From Paecilomyces variotii (Eukaryota): a DNA stretch of 64,000 bases. A program made the position numbers and the translations under genes. The notes below the pieces were generated by a model, which was not told the origin of the DNA, searched no databases, and saw only the letters and a program-made list of their open reading frames with translations. Location: NCBI GenBank assembly GCA_004022145.1, contig RCNU01000001.1. One strand, written 5' to 3'. Positions 39,716-53,699 of the stretch are shown piece by piece; the stretch's first letter is position 1; the number at the start of each line of letters is the position of its first letter.

Positions 39716-40066
39716 TACTAAGATTACTATTTACTAAGTATTAAGTTATAAATAAGGGCTTACCCCAGCTATCTTAATATATAATTAAGCTAGCCTATTA
39801 GTTTGCAGTATATTAATCTATAGATTTATCTTATTAAGATTATTTTAATTCTAATATAGTTAATCTAATTAACTTTATTATTAAGAACTATATTACGCCC
39901 CTAGTTAAACCGGACTTATTATTCTTTAAAACAATAAATAATATTAAAACCTAATTAGAATAAAGAGAAGGTTAGTTTATATTCTTAGCTAATTAGCGTA
40001 TTAATAAATCTACTATTAATAATATAGCTAAGGACTTCTATAGGCAAAGCTATAACCTACCCTTAA

Positions 40067-43000
40067 TATTACGCTCGAGCAGACTAAATTAGATTTATTA
40101 AAGCTTCTAATCTAGTATAGCAATATAATAGAGAACTTTAAGCTAGAGAAAGAAAAGGAAAAGAATTTAGGGAAAAAATCCTAATTCTTTTATTTATAGG
40201 ATTCTTTATTTCTTAACCGCTTTTAAATAGCGCAGGCAGTTAAGCGTTCTGCTAGTAGATTTCTCTCTCCCTCTCTTTATCTCCTTGCTAGGTTAGCGCT
40301 ATATTAGCGCTATAATATTACCCCCCTGTTTAAGCCGATTCGTCCCTAAATTAGCAGGATAATTATTATTCTTTTATTCCTCTAAATAAATCTCTTTATT
40401 AATATAGTTAATCTAGTAGTTTAAATTAGCTGGCAGCTTAAGTTCGTTAGAAAATCTATTATAAAACTCTCTAAGCTTTAGCAGTAAATTCTTAAAGTTT
40501 TTAATAAAATATTATATTAAATCTTTATTATACCCCTTCTATATAGCCTTATATTAGAGATATTTATACTTAGTCTAAATAGTTAGGATCTGATTAACTT
40601 TTTATTCTAATTTACCCTAAATCTCGGCCGGCAGAGGCTTATTATAAACTTAATAAGGAATAAAGTTATTTAGCGCTTGCTAAAGGCGATCTAAAGAGAA
40701 TATAAGTTAAATCTTTATAGTATTAGGGAGCTTAAGCTTTTAAATATTCTCTATCTTTTTAAAGATCTTAAAAGGGCCTTTTATCTAGTTACTAAACTTT
40801 TATAAGAGTTAATTAAATATCTAGTTTATAGATTTAATAAAAACCTTATTACTAATATTAAAGTTAACCTCTTAATAATATTTATTAGCTTATCTCTTTT
40901 ACTATTCTTAGGCTTTCTTAATAGAGGCTTTTATTATCTTCTAAATCTATTAGAGCTAGTATACCTATTATTAAGCTTTAGTCTAATTAGCCTTTTTAGA
41001 TATTAGGGTAAACTATAGCACTAGTCGCCAGTTAAATAAGATATAAGGCTTATATTTATATTTAACTATAAATAAAGATATTCTTATAAATTCCTGGGTT
41101 AATACTGCCGCTATAAAATTAACTATTAGGAGATAATCTAACTAGTTATTCTAATAATAGCTAACATAAGGTTAAAGTCTTTGGGCTATATATTAATTCA
41201 GAACCTTTATTTATCTGTCTATTTAAGGGTATGCTATAGATAAAAGCTTTAACTTTACTTTTAGCAATAAATAGAATTTATCCTAAAAATCTAAAATAAA
41301 TTATAGTCCTTAATTAGAGACTATTATATTAGAAGCGCCCTTATAACAGTATATATATTTAAAAAAGATTTTAGCTATAGTCCGTGCTATAGCCGTATTA
41401 TAATAAAAAATTAAGATAAGATACTTACTAAAACAGTTAACTATAATAAATACTATATTATATCTATATTTATCTTTTAAGAAGGATTAAAAGTCTATTA
41501 AAATATATTGCTATAGTTATTTAAGAATAGATAATAATTAAAACAGCTCTAATAAAAAGTCTTAAGGGTTCTTAGTTTAGCAGTAAGTTAGATAATTATT
41601 AATATATTAGTTAATAAAACTAATTATTTAGGGCCAATAATAGCAGGATTTTACTAGTTACTATATCTTCTAGCGTCTAGAATATATAGTAGAGACTTAA
41701 TAATAGACTTTATTTAAGAGATATATCTATAAATCTCCCTAATTTAGAATAATTAATTATTTACTATATAATAGGAGCCTATCTATTAATTAATATATAA
41801 AGCCTTTCTAGCCTGTATCTTTATAAAATAGCGCTAGTTTAATATTCTTATAATTCTCCTTAAGGATTTTATTTATTAAGGGGAATTCTCTAGTTAATAT
41901 TAATACTAAGAGGGCCTTTTACTCAGTTAACTCTTTCTAAATTTATATATTTAAAACCTTAAATCCTAATAAATATTAAGTCTAATATTAATTTATCTGC
42001 TCTCTCTGCTAAAAGATATCTCCTTCTTACTATAATAAGATATCAGCCAGAGTATTTAGCTTTCTAGGGTAATACTAAATTAAGAAATAATAATAAGATA
42101 AGAACTCTGCCTATTAAGCCTGCCTTAAATTTAATATTTTTATAGTTATAAAGTATTTAAGAGTATAATAATCTATTAGGATATTAAATAGCTTATTTAT
42201 CTATAAGCTTAGAAGCTCCGCATACTATTCCTTAAGAGCTTATATAATTATTAGGAGCTTTTTGTTATAGATTAAATAGTTATACTTAGCTAATATTATT
42301 ATCTTTAAATAATAAGCTATTAAATATTAGGGATCTTATTTATTTACTCGCTAGGCGAGTATAGTAGCTATAATACTATTTAAAATATTTATCTTAATAT
42401 ATATATCTTTATTAGGATTATAATTGCGTAAAATTAGTGCTAATTAAAAATATTTTTTTAATATTTTAAAAGCCTTATAGCACTTCTAATTAAAATTAAA
42501 AGGATAATTTTCTTTAGTTAGATCTATTATTAGTCTTATAATATAATTATAGTCTTTAATAAACCTCCTATAAAAATTATAGAAACCTAAAAATAAATAA
42601 ACTTTATAGACTATTTTAAGCTATTCCTAATCTTAAATAATAGTAACCTTCTTAAGATTAACTTTAATATCTTTTATGCTAATAATAAAACTAAGATATT
42701 TTATTTATATAATATAGAATTTATACTTCTTAATATTAGCTTATAGGCCAGCCTTTTATAGATAAGATAATATCTTCTTTATTTAAAAGTAGTATTTTTA
42801 CTTATTATTAAAGTAGATTAAAATATTATCTAGGTAAATATTTATGTAGTTATCTAGTAGGTCAAAGAAAAGGTTATTTATATATTATTAAAATATAGCC
42901 GATCTATTAGTAAGTCTAAAAAAAAGTATATAATACTTATAAGTCTTATATCTTATATAAAAGGTTATTAAAGCTTTTAAACTAAGGTTTATTTAAATCT

Positions 43001-45943
43001 TATAAAATACTTATTAAATATTTAATTTAATAAAGATCTTAGCTTAGCTAACCTTAGCTAGGGTTTTATTAATTAATAGCAAGAGATAATAATCTTTCTT
43101 TATAATTATATTTAGGCAGTAATAATTAATATAAAATTAGAGTTTTTTATCTACCTTCTTTATAAAAAAAATTAGTAAGGTAAAGAACTTTTAGCTAGGT
43201 AAGATAAAATCCTTCTTTAAATTATTAATTAAATATACTTTAAGTATTTATAACTCCTTTAGTAATTATTTATAAAAGGATTAATATTTTAGAGAGATTT
43301 CTTCTTTAAGTTCTATCTTATAATTATAGGGCTAGTAAGGAGGTAGTTTATTAAATACTTATTTAAAAAAGATATTAAAAAAGTCTTTATAAATTACAAG
43401 AAGATGCTTATAAATTAGTTTTAAGAGTTTTTATTCTTCTAATATAGTTAGAGATTTTTATTTAATAATCTTATTAATCTTATATAGGCTAATAATAAAA
43501 ACCTCTATATTTTTCTTATATAATGTTTGTTAAAATCCCTTAGCTCTAATATATATAATATTTAATATTGCCTTAATATCTATCTTTAAAGGATATAGCT
43601 TTATAATTATTAGAGGCGGAGGATTAAATTAATATTTTAACTTATATTATATTTTTATTAAAGCTAACTGAGTATTAATTTATTTAGTTTATAGAGATTA
43701 GTAATAGGCGGATATTTCTTATTTTAAGATCTAGATCTGCCTTTCTATTTATAGGTCTCTTCTATTAATATCTTATTAATATTTAGGGTTTTAAGATAGC
43801 CTTATTAGATCCTCCTTTATAATAACTAGCTCCTATTAGAATTAATAAATTTATAAATTATTATGCGGCTAAATTAATTACTAATTTTAAATATCTAAAA
43901 GGATAAATTCTTTAGCTATTTATTTTTATCTAAGAATTAAATTATATTAACTTAAGTCAGTAATTAGTATAGGTAGATTTAAATAAATTCTCCTATTAAT
44001 CTTTAAGTTAATAATAAAAATATAGTTTATTTATTCTCTAGTTTAGTTATTATAGCTGTTAATAAATATAGGTTAATATAAAGATTTTAAGGAGGCATTT
44101 AAAAACTAAGTAATTAATAGGACTAATAAGTAATTAAAGAAATAGAGCCTATTTACTTCAGAATCTAGTAGGGTAAAGAGCTTAATATTATATCTATTTT
44201 TATAAATTATATTAGACTTAATAAGATAGTTATCCTTTAAGAGGCAATTAAGATTAATCTCTACTAGGTCCTTATTAACCCCTAGATTAAAGTCTTAACC
44301 TAGGGGTTAGCTTTTTCTAAGTCTTATTTATTCTCCTTCTTCTTAATCTCTAAATTCTTAATATCTATTATTACTTTTTTTAATAGGCAGTTAATAATTA
44401 AATATCTTTTTACCTTATAAAAAAAATACTTCTTTTTTTTATAAATATCTCACAGTTAATAGTAGATAATCTAATATTATTTTTAGGGGTAAATAAATTA
44501 CTACTAAGTTAGTTAGATAAGATTTAAAAAAAAATTCTAATATTTAAATTCTTATTTTAGCCAGCCTTATAGTTATCTTTATTATTTTTTTAAAAAATAT
44601 AAGCAGCTTAATAGTAAGCATCTTTAAAATTATTAAAATCTTTAAATTAATAATACTAGCTAATAATAAGGCTTTTAAAAAAGAGAATAATTTTATTATA
44701 TATCTTAGTTTAATAGTTATTAGGATATATACTTATTTTATCTATTAGTCTTATAAATTCTATAAAGAAATTATTATATTTTTAATATATCTTTATATAT
44801 AGATTAGTAAACTAGCATTTTATATTCTATTAATAATTTAAGTTATAAAATATAGTTTAAAGATAATTAAATATCTTTTTAGCTATTTAAAAGGGAAGGC
44901 TTAAGTTTTTATAAAACTTTAGAAATATATAAGCTATAGCCTTTTTATTTAGGCAGCTTTAAATATATATAATATAGAAGTAGTTATTTCTATAATAATT
45001 AATATTTATTCTTAGCTTATTTTTAATCTATAATAGCCAGTTATTAAACTTAAGATTCTTTTTATTAATTAATAAGAGTAGGTCTAGTAATTTAATAAAG
45101 TATTAAGGCTAGTTACCTTTAAGTCCTAAAGTCCTTTTTTATTTAAGATAAAGGGCTATATTTATAATAGTCTCCTTATAGTCTTCTTATTTATATATAA
45201 ATTTTATAGCTTATTATTCTGCTTCTATTATATAATATTTCTCTTAATAAAACTATTAGGCGAGATTATAGTTATAATTAATTATATATTTATTTATATA
45301 TTTAATATACTCTAAGTTATTAATCTTCTTTAGGAAGGTAGTAGCAATATAATACTATATATTTTAGATTTTATTAAGATTCTCTTTAAGGAAGTTTTAA
45401 AACTTATCTTAAAAAAGTTCTGCTAGCTTATTATTCTAGTAGTATAAGATATATTAATTATTAGTTCTTTTTTTTAGTTCTTATTTAAGCTGTTTAGGCT
45501 TCTTGCTATAGTCTTTAGGGTTATTCTTAAAATATTTAAATTTATTAATAGGCTTTACTATAGTAAAGGCCTAATTTAATTCTAGTATTTTATTAGTTAG
45601 GGTAGGTAAATTTTATAAGCAGTAAATTATACTTAAATAAGAAATCTTAAAAATAAAATAAAATAAGATAGGTAAAAGAAGCTTAAAGTAATATTATACT
45701 CGAGCAGACTAAATTAAATTTATTAAAGCTTTTAATCTAGTATAGTAGTATAATAGAGAACTTTAAGCTAAAGAAAAAAAAAAAAAAAGAATTTAGGGAA
45801 GGAATCTTAATTCTTTTATTTATAGGATTCTTTATTTCTTAACTACTTTTAAATAGCGCAGGCGGTTAGGCATTCTGCTAGTAAATTTCTCTCTCTCTCT
45901 CTCTATCTTCTCGCTAGGTTAGTACTATATTAGCGCTATAATA
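40067..45943 (-). mobile_element. Family A copy A2, full length (5.9 kb): LTRs 40067-40317 and 45692-45943
   Basis: Direct LTRs, 5-bp TSD CTTAA (40062-40066, 45944-45948), internal region is the reverse complement of A3. Confidence 0.93.
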
Positions 45944-47642
45944 CTTAAATCCTTCTTTTCTATACTAGACTATAGAATACCCTGCTCTTATAATATTACT
46001 AAAAAGTATTACTTCGTTAAGATAAGCATAAATTAAATTTAAAGCTTTATCTTTAATAAGTCTTACTATTATTAGTAATTCTATAGTAAAACTTACCCCT
46101 GCATTTCCTATATTATCCCAATTATAGTTGCAAAAACCCCTTACTCTAAGATATTCCTTATTACTATTTAGATATAGACATATTAATCTAATAATATTAA
46201 ATATAAACCTTAATATTAGAGGTAACTTAAGTACTTATACTAATACTAGCTTAGAAGGATATAGCACAGATAATACTATAATATAGATAATATAAGATAT
46301 AATAAAACAGAATAAAGGAATTATAGAGCAGAATTAAGAGCTAATAAATTATTTCTTTTATAGTACTTCTAATTAGCTGCAAGGGTCTAACTATAAAACT
46401 CCTAGGACTAAATCCTTAAAAAATATATTACGGGGCAGATAGAAATAGAATAACCTTAGATATTTTTTCTTAAATCTAAAAAACACTAACTGTATTAAAA
46501 ATAGCCTTATAATTACTCTTAGTAGTTATATACACTATAGAGATATCTTAGTATTTATTAATAAGATTAAAAACATAGTATAGGACAAGGGTAAACCTAC
46601 TATTTATATATAAGTTTATACCTCTCTTAAAGGAGCTACTCTATAATAGTTTATAGTAGAGCTTATATAATTTAAAAAGAACTTCTTATACTAGCTATCT
46701 CTTAAGCAAAGATAGATTCTTATATTTATAAAGCAGTTTAAAAAAAACGCTACTACGGCAATATAAGAGCTAAGCGCAATATATTATTTTATAACAAATA
46801 TCTAAAAAGGTTAAATACCCTAAGGATTTATTTAGTCTATTATTTAACTCGCCTAAGCATTAAGTATAATATTAATATATAGCCAGATCTTAATAGCCTA
46901 GAATAAGCTTAACCCTAATTTAAAGCAAAATATAGGCATACTTATAAAAGAAACTACTTTAGGCGAGTTTATCTATTAGCTAAAAAGCGCATATACTATC
47001 TAGCAAGAATAAGCCTAGAAGTACTAATAAGAAGGATAAAAATAGTTTTAGCAATAGCCTAACCCAACCTATAATAACTAGAGAAGATTTCTTTTTTCTT
47101 TAATAAACCCTAACCCTAGACAATAAGCATACTAAAAATAGCGCGCTAATAAATAGCAGAATAGGCTTAGATTTAACTAGTTATAAAGGTAGAACTAGCA
47201 GCCTCTATTAAATACCTCTTACTAGTTCTAATACTAATAGTAATAATAATAGGCAGCCCTATAATAACTACTGCAACAATAATAATAGTATTATTTACTA
47301 TTCTTATAATATTTATATTAAAATTAAAATCGCCAGCAACTCCAGTTACTATAATCTTAGTTTCTGCAATAAGGCTAGTAGTAAGGAAATATCTAGAAAA
47401 ACTTCTAATAATAAGGTCCTAGGAACTTTAAAGAGATCTCGAGATACTAGAATAGTATAACCCTAATAAGGGCATACTACAATAACCCCAGCACTAACTA
47501 GGTTAATACTAATTTTAAGGAACCTTCTTAAGAACCTCTTAAGCTATATATTAATAAAGGATTTAGCTAAGGTTTTTACTAGAGTATATATTACACTAGC
47601 TAAAGCTATAACTATAATATTTAACTAGAATATAATAGTTAG

Positions 47643-50600
47643 TATTATAGCGCTGACACGGTGCTAACTTAGTAAGAAGACAGAAAGAGAGTAAGTTATA
47701 TGCTATTATTAGAAGAGGTAGCTTTAATACTTCTAATAAGATATAAGGAGAGAGAAATCTGCTAATAAAATACCTAACTACCTGCGCTATTTAGAAATAA
47801 TTAAGAAATAAAAAATCCTATAAATAAAAGAATTAAGATTCCTTCTTTAAATTCTTTTCCTTTTCTTTCTTTAGCTTAAAGTTCTTTATTATACTGCTAT
47901 ACTAGATTAGAAACTTTAATAAATCTAATTTAGTTTGCTTAAGCGTAATATTACTTTAAGCTTATTCTATCTATCTTATTTTATTTTACTTTTAAGGTTT
48001 TTTACTTAAGTATAATTTACTGCCTGCAAAACCTATTTATCTTAATTAATAAAATACTAGAATTAAACTAGGCCTTTACTATAATAAAGCCTATTAATAA
48101 ATCTAAATACTTTAAGAGTAACCCTAAAAACTATAGTAAGAAGCCTAAATAAAAACTAAAAAAAAGAACTAATAATTAATATATCTTATATTACTAGAAT
48201 AATAAGCTAGCAGAACTCTCCTAGAATAAGTTTTAAAACTTCTTTAAAAAAGATCCTGATAAAATCTAGAATATATAATATTATACTACTATTACCTTTC
48301 TGAAGAAAATTAATAACTTAGAATATATTAAACATATAAATAAATATGCGATTAACTATAACTATAATCTTGCTTAATAGCTCTATTAAAAAAAATATTA
48401 TATAATAAAAACAGAATAATAAGTTATAGAACTTATATATAAATAAAAAGATTATAAGGAAGCTATTATAAATATAGCTCTTTATCTTAAATAAAAGAGG
48501 ACTTTAGGACCTAAAGGTAACTAGCCTTAATATTTTATTAAATTACTAAACCCGCCCCTATTAACTAATAAAAAAAATTTTAAGTTTAATAACTAGCTAT
48601 TATAGATTAAGAATAAACTAAAATAAATACTAACTATTATAGAAGTAACTATCTCTATATTATATATATTTAAAGCCGCCTAAATAGAAAGGCTATAGCT
48701 TATATATCTTTAAGGTTTTATAAAAATTTAAGCCTCCCCTTTTAAATAGTTAAAGAGATATTTAATTATCTCTAAGCTATATTTTATAACCCAAATTATT
48801 AATAGAATATAAAATACTAGTTTACTAACCTATATATAAAGATATATTAAAAATATAATAATTTCTTTATAGAGTTTATAAGACTAATAGATAAGATAAA
48901 TATATACCCTAATAATTACTAAACTAAGATATATAATAAAATTACTTTCTCTTTTAAAAGCCTTATTATTAGCTAATATTACTAACTTAAAGATTTTAAT
49001 AACTTTAAAGATATTTACTATTAAGCTATTTATACCTTTTAAAAGAATAATAAAAATAACTATAAGACTAGCTAAAATAAGAATTTAAATATTAGAACTT
49101 CTTTTTAAACCTTATCTAACTAACTTAATAGTAGTTTATTTACCCCTAGGACTAATATTAGATTATCTACTATTAACCGCGAGATACTTATAAAAAAAAA
49201 GAAGTGCTTCTTTTATAAGGCAAAAAGATATTTAACTATTAATTACTTATTAAAAAAAGCAATAATAAATATTAAAAACTTAAAGATTAAGAAAAAGGAT
49301 AATAAATAAGACTTAGAAAAAGCTAACCCTTAAGCTAAGACTTTAATCTAGAGATTAATAGAGACTTAGCAGAGATTAATCTTAGTCGCCTTTTAAGAGG
49401 TAATTATCTTATTAAGCCTAATATAATTTATAAAAATAGATATAGTATTAAGCTCTTTATCCTATTAGATTCTAGAGTAAATAGGCTTTATTTTCTTAAC
49501 TACTTATTAGTCCTATTAATTACCTAATTCTTAAATACTTCCCTAAAACCTTTATATTAACCTATATTTATTAACAGCTATAATAACCAAACTAAAGAAT
49601 AGATAGACTATATCTTTATTATTAATTTAAAGATTAATAGGAGAATTTATCTAAACCTACCTATACTAATTATTAACCTAGGTTAATATAATTTAATCTT
49701 TAAATAAAAATAAATAGCTAAAGAGTCTATTCTCTTAGATATTTAAAACTAATAACTAATTTAGCTGTATAATAATCTATAAATTTATTAATTCTAATAG
49801 GAGCTAGTTACTATAAAGGAGGATTTAATAAGGCTATTCTAAAATCTTAAGCACTAATAAGATACTAACAGAAGAGACTTATAGATAGAGAAATAGATTT
49901 AAATCTTAAAATAAGAAATACCCGCCTATTACTAACCTCTATAAAATAAATAAGTTAATACTTAGTTAGCTCTAATAAAAATATAATATAAGTTAAAAGA
50001 CTAATCTAATCTTCTGCCTCTAATAATTATAAAGCTATATCCTCTAGAAATAGATGTTAAGGTAATATTAAATATTATATATATTAGAGCTAAGGGATTT
50101 TAATAAATATTATATAAGAAAAATATAAAGATCTTTACTATTAGCCTATATAAGATTAATAAGATTATTAAATAAAAGTCTTTAACTATATTAGAAAAAT
50201 AAGAACTCCTAAAGCTAATTTATAAATATCTTCTTATAATCTATAAAGATTTTTCTAATATTTTCTCTAAATAAGCATTTAATAAACTATCTTTTTACTA
50301 GCCCTATAACTATAAGATAGAACTTAAAGGAGAAATTCTTTTAAAATATTAACCCCTTTATAAATAATTATTAGAGGAGTTATAAATATTTAAAATATAT
50401 CTAATTAATAACTTAAAGAAGGATTTTATCTTACTTAGCTAGGAGTCTTTTACCTTATTAATTCTTTTTATAAAAAAAGCAGATAAAAAACTCTAATTTT
50501 ATATTAACTATTACTGCTTAAATATAATTATAAAAAAAGATTACTATTTCTTGCTATTAATTAATAAAACCCTAGCTAAGATTAGCTAAGCTAAAATCTT

Positions 50601-53600
50601 TACTAAACTAAATATTTAATAAGTATTTTATAAGATCTAGATAGACCCTAGTTTAAAAGCTCTAATAACCTTTTATATAAGATATAAGACTTATAAATAT
50701 TATATACTTCTATTTAGACTTATTAATAGACCGGCTATATTTTAATAATATATAAACAACCTTTTCTTTAACCTGCTAAATAACTATATAAGTATTTATC
50801 TAGATAATATTTTAATCTATTCTAATAATAAGTAAAAATATTATCTTTAGGTAAAAGAGATACTATCCCGTCTATAAAAGGCTGGCCTATAAGCTAATAT
50901 TAAGAAGTATAAATTCTATATTATATAGATAAAATATCTTAGTTTTATTATTAGTATAAAAGGTATTAAAGTTAATTTTAAGAAGATTACTATTATTTAA
51001 GATTAGGAATAGCTTAAAATAATTTATAAAGTCTATTTATTTTTAGGTTTCTATAACTTTTATAGGAGATTTATTAAAAACTATAATTATATTATAAGAC
51101 TAATAATAGACCTAACTAAAGAAAATTATCTTTTTAATTTTAATTAAAAGTATTATAAGGCTTTTAAAATGCTAAAAGAATATCTTTAATTAATACTAAT
51201 TCTATGCAATTATAATCCTAATAAAGATATATATATTAAGATAGATACTTTAGATAGTATTATAGCCGCTATACTTACTTAATAGGCAGATAAATAAGAT
51301 CCCTAATATCTAGTAGCCTATTACTTAAAGATAATAGCACTAGCTAAGTATAACTATCTAATTTATAATAAAGAGCTCTTAGCAATTATATAAGCCCTTA
51401 AGGAATAATATACGAAGCTTATAAGCTTATAGATAAATAAGCTATTTAATATCTTAATAGATTACTATATTTTTAAATACTTTATAATTATAAAAGTATT
51501 AAATTTAAGGTAGGCCTAATAGGTAAAGTTCTTATTCTATTACTATTTCTTAATTTAGTATTACCCTAAAAAGCTAAATACTCTAGCCAATATCTTATTA
51601 TAATAAGAGGGAGATATCTCCTAGTAGAGAGAATAAATAAACTAATATTAGACCTAGCGTCTGCTAGGACCTAAGGTCCTAAATATATAAATCTAGAAGG
51701 AGCTAATTAAATAAAAGGCCCTCTTAGCCTTAATATTAACTAGAGAATTTACCTTAGTAGATAAAATCTTTAGGGAGAATTATAAGAACACTAAACTAGT
51801 ATTATTTTAAGAAAATAGGGGCTAAGAAGGCTCTACATATTAATTAAAAGATAGTCTCCTATTATATAGTAAATAATTAATTATCTTAGATTAGAGAGAT
51901 TTACAGATATATCTTTTAAATAAAATCTATTATTAAGTCTCTACTACTTATTCTAGACGCTAAAAAATATAGTAACTAGTAAAATCCCGCTATTATTAGC
52001 CCTAAATAACTAGTTTTATTAACTAATATATTAATAATTATCTAACCTACTGCTAAACTAAGAACCCCCGAGACTTTTTATTAAGGTTATTCTAACTATT
52101 ACTTATTCTTAAATAATTATAGCAATATATCTTAATAAACTTCTAATCCTTTTTAAAAGATAAGTATAGATATAATATAATATTTGCTATAATTAACCAT
52201 TTTAATAAATATCCTATCTTAATTCTTTATTATAATATAGCTATAGCATAGACTATAGCTAAAATCTTTTTTAAATATATATACTATTATAAGGGCGTTT
52301 CCGATATAATAATTTTTAATCATAGACTATAATTTATTTTAGATTTTTAAGATAAATTCTATTCTCTACTAGAAATAAAGTTAAAGCTCTCTTCTGCTAT
52401 ATACTCCTAGACTAATAAATAAATAGAGGTTCTAAACTAATATATAGCCCAGAGACTTTAACCCTATATTAGCTACTATTAAGACAACTAGTTAGATTAT
52501 TTATTAATAGTTAATTTTATAGCGGCAGTACTGACCTAAGAATTTATAAAGATATCTTTATTTATAGTTAAATATAAATATAAGCCCTATACTTTATTTA
52601 ATTAGCAACTAGTATTACAGTTTACCCTAATATTAGAAAAGGCTAATTAAACTAAAGCTTAGCAATAAGTATACAGGCTCTAACAGATCTAGAAAATAAT
52701 AGAAGCCTCTATTAAGAAGGCCTAAGAATAATAAAAAAGATAGGCTAATAAATACTATTAAGAGGTTAACTTTAATATTAGTAATAAGATTTTTATTAAA
52801 CCTATAAATTAGATATCTAATTAACCCTTATAAAAGCTTAATAACTAGATAAAAGGCCTTTTTAAAGTCTTTAAAAAGATAGGGAATATTTAAAAATTAA
52901 AGCTCCTTAATACTATAAAAGTTTAATCTATATTCTCTTTAAATCGCCTCTAGCAGATGCTAAATAACTTTATTCTCTATTAAGTCTATAAAGAGCCCTT
53001 ACTGGCTAAGATCTAAGATAAATTAAAATAAGAAGTTAATTAGATCCTAGCTATTTAGATTAAGTATAAATATCTCTAATATAAGGCTATATAGAAGGGG
53101 TATAATAAAGATCTAATATAATATTTTATTAAAAACTTTAAGAATTTACTGCTAAAGCTTAGGGAGTTTTATAATAGATTTTTTAATAAACCTAAGCCGC
53201 TAGCTAATCTAGACTACTAGATTAACTATACTAATAAAGAGATTTATCTAAAGGAATAAGAGAATAATAATTATCCCGCTAATTCAGGGATAAATTAGCC
53301 TAAATAGGGGGGTAATATTATAGCGCTAATATAGCGCTAACCTAATAAGAAGATAAAGAGAAGGTAAGTTATATGCTATTATTAGAAGAAGTAGCTTTAA
53401 TATTTTTAATAAGATATAAAAAAAGAGAAATCTACTAGTAGAATATTTAATTACCTGCGCTATTTAAAAGCGGTTAAGAAATAAAAAATCTTATAAATAA
53501 AAGAATTAGGATTCTTTCTTTAAATTCTTTTCCTTTTCTCTCTTTAGCTTAAAGTTCTCTATTATACTGCTATACTAGATTAAAAGCTTTAATAAATCTA

Positions 53601-53623
53601 ATTTAGTCTACTCGAGCGTAACA
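47643..53623 (+). mobile_element. Family A copy A3, full length (6.0 kb): LTRs 47643-47950 and 53316-53623
   Basis: 308-bp LTRs, 5-bp TSD GTTAG (47638-47642, 53624-53628), PPT aggggggtaa at 53306-53315. Confidence 0.93.
48050..53260 (+). pseudogene. gag-pol relic of A3 with zinc knuckle, PR, RT, RH, IN and chromodomain; boundaries approximate
   Basis: De-RIPped motifs: CFFCKAKGH...C (~49205), LLDSGA (~49462), YLDDILIY (50797-50820), EV.QIL...Y...WKGY...WY (~53030-53125). Confidence 0.8.
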
Positions 53624-53699
53624 GTTAGAGATATAATAGATATAATAAGCAGAATTTTTATAATTAGGGTTTTAAGAAAGTTGCGAACCCTAATTTCTC

